Assembly: GCF_006345805.1 (NCBI RefSeq)
Contig: NC_043000.1
Location: 129,084,001 to 129,148,000 of the forward strand
Direction of reading: 5' to 3'
DNA length: 64,000 nt
DNA from: Octopus sinensis
Lineage: Eukaryota
A model generated the notes under the pieces. It saw only the letters and a program-made list of their open reading frames with translations, had not been told where the DNA came from and did not search any database. The position numbers and the translations under genes were made by a program. Below, piece by piece: positions 60,437 to 64,000 of this stretch. Each line of letters opens with the position of its first letter. The first letter of the stretch is position 1.

Positions 60437-60770
60437 GAAGCACATGGCTCCGTGGTTAGAGCGTCGAGCTTACGATCGTGAGGTTGTGAGTTCGAATCCC
60501 AGACCGGGCAGCATGTTGTGTTCTTGAGCAAGACACTTTATTTCACATTGCTCCAGTTCACTCAGCTGTAGAAATGAGTTGCGACGTCACAGGTGCCAAG
60601 CTGTATCGGCCTTTGCCTTTCCCTTGGATAACACTGGTGGTGTGGAGAGGGGAGGCCGGTATGCATGGGCGACTGCTGGTCTTCCATAAAAAAAAACCTT
60701 GCCCGGACAGGTGCTGGGAGGGTAACATTCTAGGTGGAATCCCATGGTCAGTCATGACCAAAGGGGGTCT
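60437..60770 (+). mobile_element. tRNA-Arg-like SINE (family C-related)
   Basis: A box tggctccgtgg, ACG in the anticodon-like loop (cttacgatc), B box gttcgaatcc, core cttgagcaagacactt. Related partial copies at 42660-42770 and 62935-63165. Confidence 0.85.
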
Positions 60771-60836
60771 CAGCAATATGTGTTCAAATTCTTCTAAGGT
60801 TGATTTTTGCCTTTCATCTTTTTGAGGTTGATAAAA

Positions 60837-62074
60837 TATTAGGTTGTTCAGAAAGTAATTGTGTTTTACCAGAAAGGATATAAAAATGTATGTAAATTAC
60901 GTTTATCTGAATAGTTTTAATCAAGAATGTTATCACCATTGTTTACAATGATTGCAGCCCAACAGAAAAGTAACATTTTTTATGCCATGTTCAAAGAAAC
61001 CTATTTCTTTTACAGAAAAAAAAAAGTCTAAAAGACTCTTTTCCACTTCTCTGTTTCTGAATGTTTTGCCTCTTATAAATTGTTCTAGTGACTGGAACAG
61101 ATGGAAATCTGTAGGTGCTGAGTCAGGAGAGTATGGAGGATGTGAAAGAACTTCCCATCCTAACAACCTTATTTTTTCTTGGGGTTTGTTTTGAAGAGTG
61201 TGGTCATGCATTGTCATACTGGAGAATAACACCTATTCTGTTTACCAAAGCCGGTCCACTTTCGACATAATTTTTAATTTACATGATCAAATTGTTGGCC
61301 ATAAACATTTGTATTGATGGTCCTTCCATCTTCCAGTAGCTTGTAATAGATGATACCTTGCATGTTCCACCAGACACATGGCAAGGGTTTTTGTGGATGG
61401 AGTTCTGGTTTTGGTGCTGGCACTGGTCTCTCATTACATTATAACCATTGTCTCTTTCGTTTTCTGTTGTGATGCAAAATCCATTTTTTATCACCTGTAA
61501 CAATACCCAGCAGAGACGACAGGTTGCTATTCCTGGTTAGAAGACTGCTGCAGATAGTGGAACATTGTGTTCAGTTCTCAAGCGTAAGCTCATGTGGAAC
61601 TCAAATCCCTTTCCTGCATGTTTTCCTAACATGCTTGAGATGTTTGTGGATAGTTGAACATGACAAATTAAATTTTTGCTCCAATCTCTGGTGCTCCAAC
61701 ATGGATCTGACACAATAGTCTCATTCAAAAGGCTTGTAGGATGTGTTCACAATCTTTAAACCTTTTAAACCACAGCTGACATGTACAACCTTTCACTGCA
61801 TCCGGATACATTTCACAAATGTTTTTCATTGCTTCTGTAGTGATATTTTTCTTTTAAAACTCATACAGTAAACAATGGTAAACATGTTGTTTCATGAAGT
61901 TATTATACTCCATAGAGTTAATTACTGAAATAATTATGGATGGTAAGCTGCTGGATAGAAGAGATAATATACTATTCTAGACAGATCCCACCCATTTGAC
62001 CTTGGCTCTGACATGATTGGTTCATTCATATTTCATGGTGGTGAAAAAACAATTACTTTCCAAACACCGTAATA
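60837..62074 (-). pseudogene. Near full-length decayed mariner (DD34D-type) transposon
   Basis: About 31-bp TIRs tattaggttgttcagaaagtaattg / caattactttccaaacaccgtaata, TA at both ends. Minus strand reads LLGWEVLSHPPYSPDSAPTDFHLFQSL (mariner YSPDLAP motif). Many frameshifts. Confidence 0.9.
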
Positions 62075-62162
62075 AGTATCAGTTGAGTACTGGGGTTAAT
62101 GTAATCAACTTACCCCCTCCTCCAAAATCTCAGGCTTTGTGCCTGTAGTGGAAAGGATTATT

Positions 62163-62432
62163 CATCATCATCATCATCGTTTAACGTCCATTTTCCATGC
62201 TAGCATGGGTTGGATGGTTCAACCGGGGTCTGGGAAGCCAGGAGGCTGCACCAGGCTCCAGTCTGATCTGGCAGTGTTTCTACAGCTGGATGCCGTTCCT
62301 AACACCAACCACTTCGTGAGTGTAGTGGATGCTTTTTACATGCCACCAGTATGGACACCAATCAAGGCGGTGCTGGCGTCAGCCACGTTTGGATGGAGCT
62401 TTTTACAGGCCACCAGCATGGGTATCACAACT
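62163..62432 (-). mobile_element. RTE 3' tail
   Basis: Match to the other copies. Confidence 0.85.
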
Positions 62433-63682
62433 ACAATTTCCATTTGATTTTTATTTTGATGTTGATATACTTGACTCAATAGGTTTCCTCAAGCACAGCA
62501 GGTTGTCCTATGATCCAAGGTAAGCACAGCAGATATTAATTCCACCGAGGTCAACATTGACTTTCATCCTTTCAGGGTCAATAAAATAAGTACCAGTCGA
62601 ATACTAGGGTCGACATAATTGAGTATCCCCCCACCCCAAATCTCAGACCTTGTGCTTATAATAGAAAGAATTATTATTATTATTATTATACAAGTAGCAT
62701 TTCTTCTGGATCTTTATGTTGAGTTCAAATTCCACCAAATTTGCCTTTCATCCATTTGGGGTCAATAAAATAAAATACTAGTCAAGTACCAGGGGTCAAT
62801 GTAATCAACTTGTCTCTTCCCTCTCAAAATTACTACCAAAATTTGAAACCATTATACTGATGGATGGGCAGAATCATATGAGCATCAGAGAAAATGTCAT
62901 AGTATTCATTGGACCATGATGTGTGTGTTCTTTACTTCACATTGCTCCAGTCCACTCAGCTGCTGAAAGGAGTTGTAACGTCACTGGTGCCAAGCTGCAT
63001 TGGCCTCTGTCTTTCCCTTGGACAACATCAGTAGCGTGAAGAGGAGAGGTTGGTATGCATGGGCAACTGCTGGTCTTCCATAAACAACCTTGTCCGGACT
63101 TGTGTCTTGGAGAGAAACTTTCTAGGTGCAATCCCATGGCCAATCATGACCAAAAGGGATCTTTACTCCTTACTCTAGTTCTTTACACTCTGAGTTCAAA
63201 TTCTACCTAAGTCAACTATCACTTTCATCATTTTGGGACTGATAAAAGTAAGTGCCAACATTCCCTCAACATTTCAGGCTTTGTGCCCAAGTTAGAAACA
63301 ATTATTATTTTAACCTTATTTACTCTATTACTGATGTCAACCAGTAGGCTAGAAGACAAAGGTTACAGGTTTATAGTCATTAATTTAATCATAAATGAAA
63401 ATAAACATACACACACGCAAGTAAAAGATTGTTCAATCTGCTAGATATAACAGCCAAATGACTTTAAAGAAAAATGGAAAGATGCATTGGATAATATAGT
63501 CCTAAACATATCATGTCTGGAGAAAAAAAAAGAAACAGATATTATGGTCACAGTTGGAACCAATTTCATCATAGATTTGCTAAATTTGATCATAGATCTA
63601 CTAAACCAAGTCTAAGCTGGAGCTTAACAATAACAACACACTATGCAGATTTGTTGTAAATTAAGTAAAGAATTTAGCATAA

Positions 63683-64000
63683 GCGCAGGAGTGGCTGAGT
63701 GGTAAGTAGCTTGCTTACCAACCACATGGTTCCGGGTTCAGTCCCACAGCGTGGCACCTTAGGCAAGTGTCTTCTACTATAGCCTCAGGTCGACCAAAGC
63801 CTTGTGGGTGGATTTGGTAGCCCGTCGTATATATGTATATATAAGGGCATCCAGCCATAGAAACACTGCCAGATTTGACTGGGCCTGATGAAGCCTTCTG
63901 GCTTCACAGACCCCAGTAGAACCATCCAACCCATGCTAGCATGGAAAACGGACGCTAAACGATGATGATGATGATGATATATGCGTGTGTGTTTGTGTGT
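63683..64000 (+). mobile_element. SINE family A interrupted in its (TA)n by an RTE tail (63844-63977)
   Basis: The SINE microsatellite resumes after the (GAT)n tail. Confidence 0.85.

Noticed and set aside
60437-60510. tRNA-Arg-like sequence with A/B boxes
   Set aside because: No complete acceptor stem and it runs directly into a SINE core, so it is a SINE head. The same applies to the other tRNA-like heads.

Overview
AT-rich, repeat-saturated eukaryotic DNA. The SINE and LINE families resemble those described from octopus, so an Octopus genome is inferred, probably intronic/intergenic sequence. There is no intact long ORF; the longest ORFs on the track are translations of microsatellites. 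Contents: (1) about four tRNA-derived SINE families, some young copies with clean 13-23 bp TSDs; (2) many 5'-truncated RTE LINE copies whose 3' UTR carries a variable array of 62-66 bp repeats and a (GAT)n tail; (3) CR1-like LINE and Penelope-like (PLE) fragments; (4) decayed DNA transposons: two inverted DD37D maT copies, a near full-length mariner, hAT, piggyBac-type and Tc1/pogo-type MITEs, Helitron/Helentron elements and a long-TIR foldback element; (5) several short exon candidates, mostly on the minus strand at 48.2-56.6 kb, of an unidentified host gene. Most interesting: at least six minimal type-I hammerhead ribozyme motifs in about five PLE-related short elements, most of them next to (TA)n tracts; one ~140-bp palindrome folded back at a hammerhead half-core; a TAG stop shared by both maT transposase copies at a Trp position; the tandem stem-loop array in the RTE 3' UTR; and local inverted/direct duplications that cross repeat boundaries. 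All family assignments are by eye from motifs; no database search was run.
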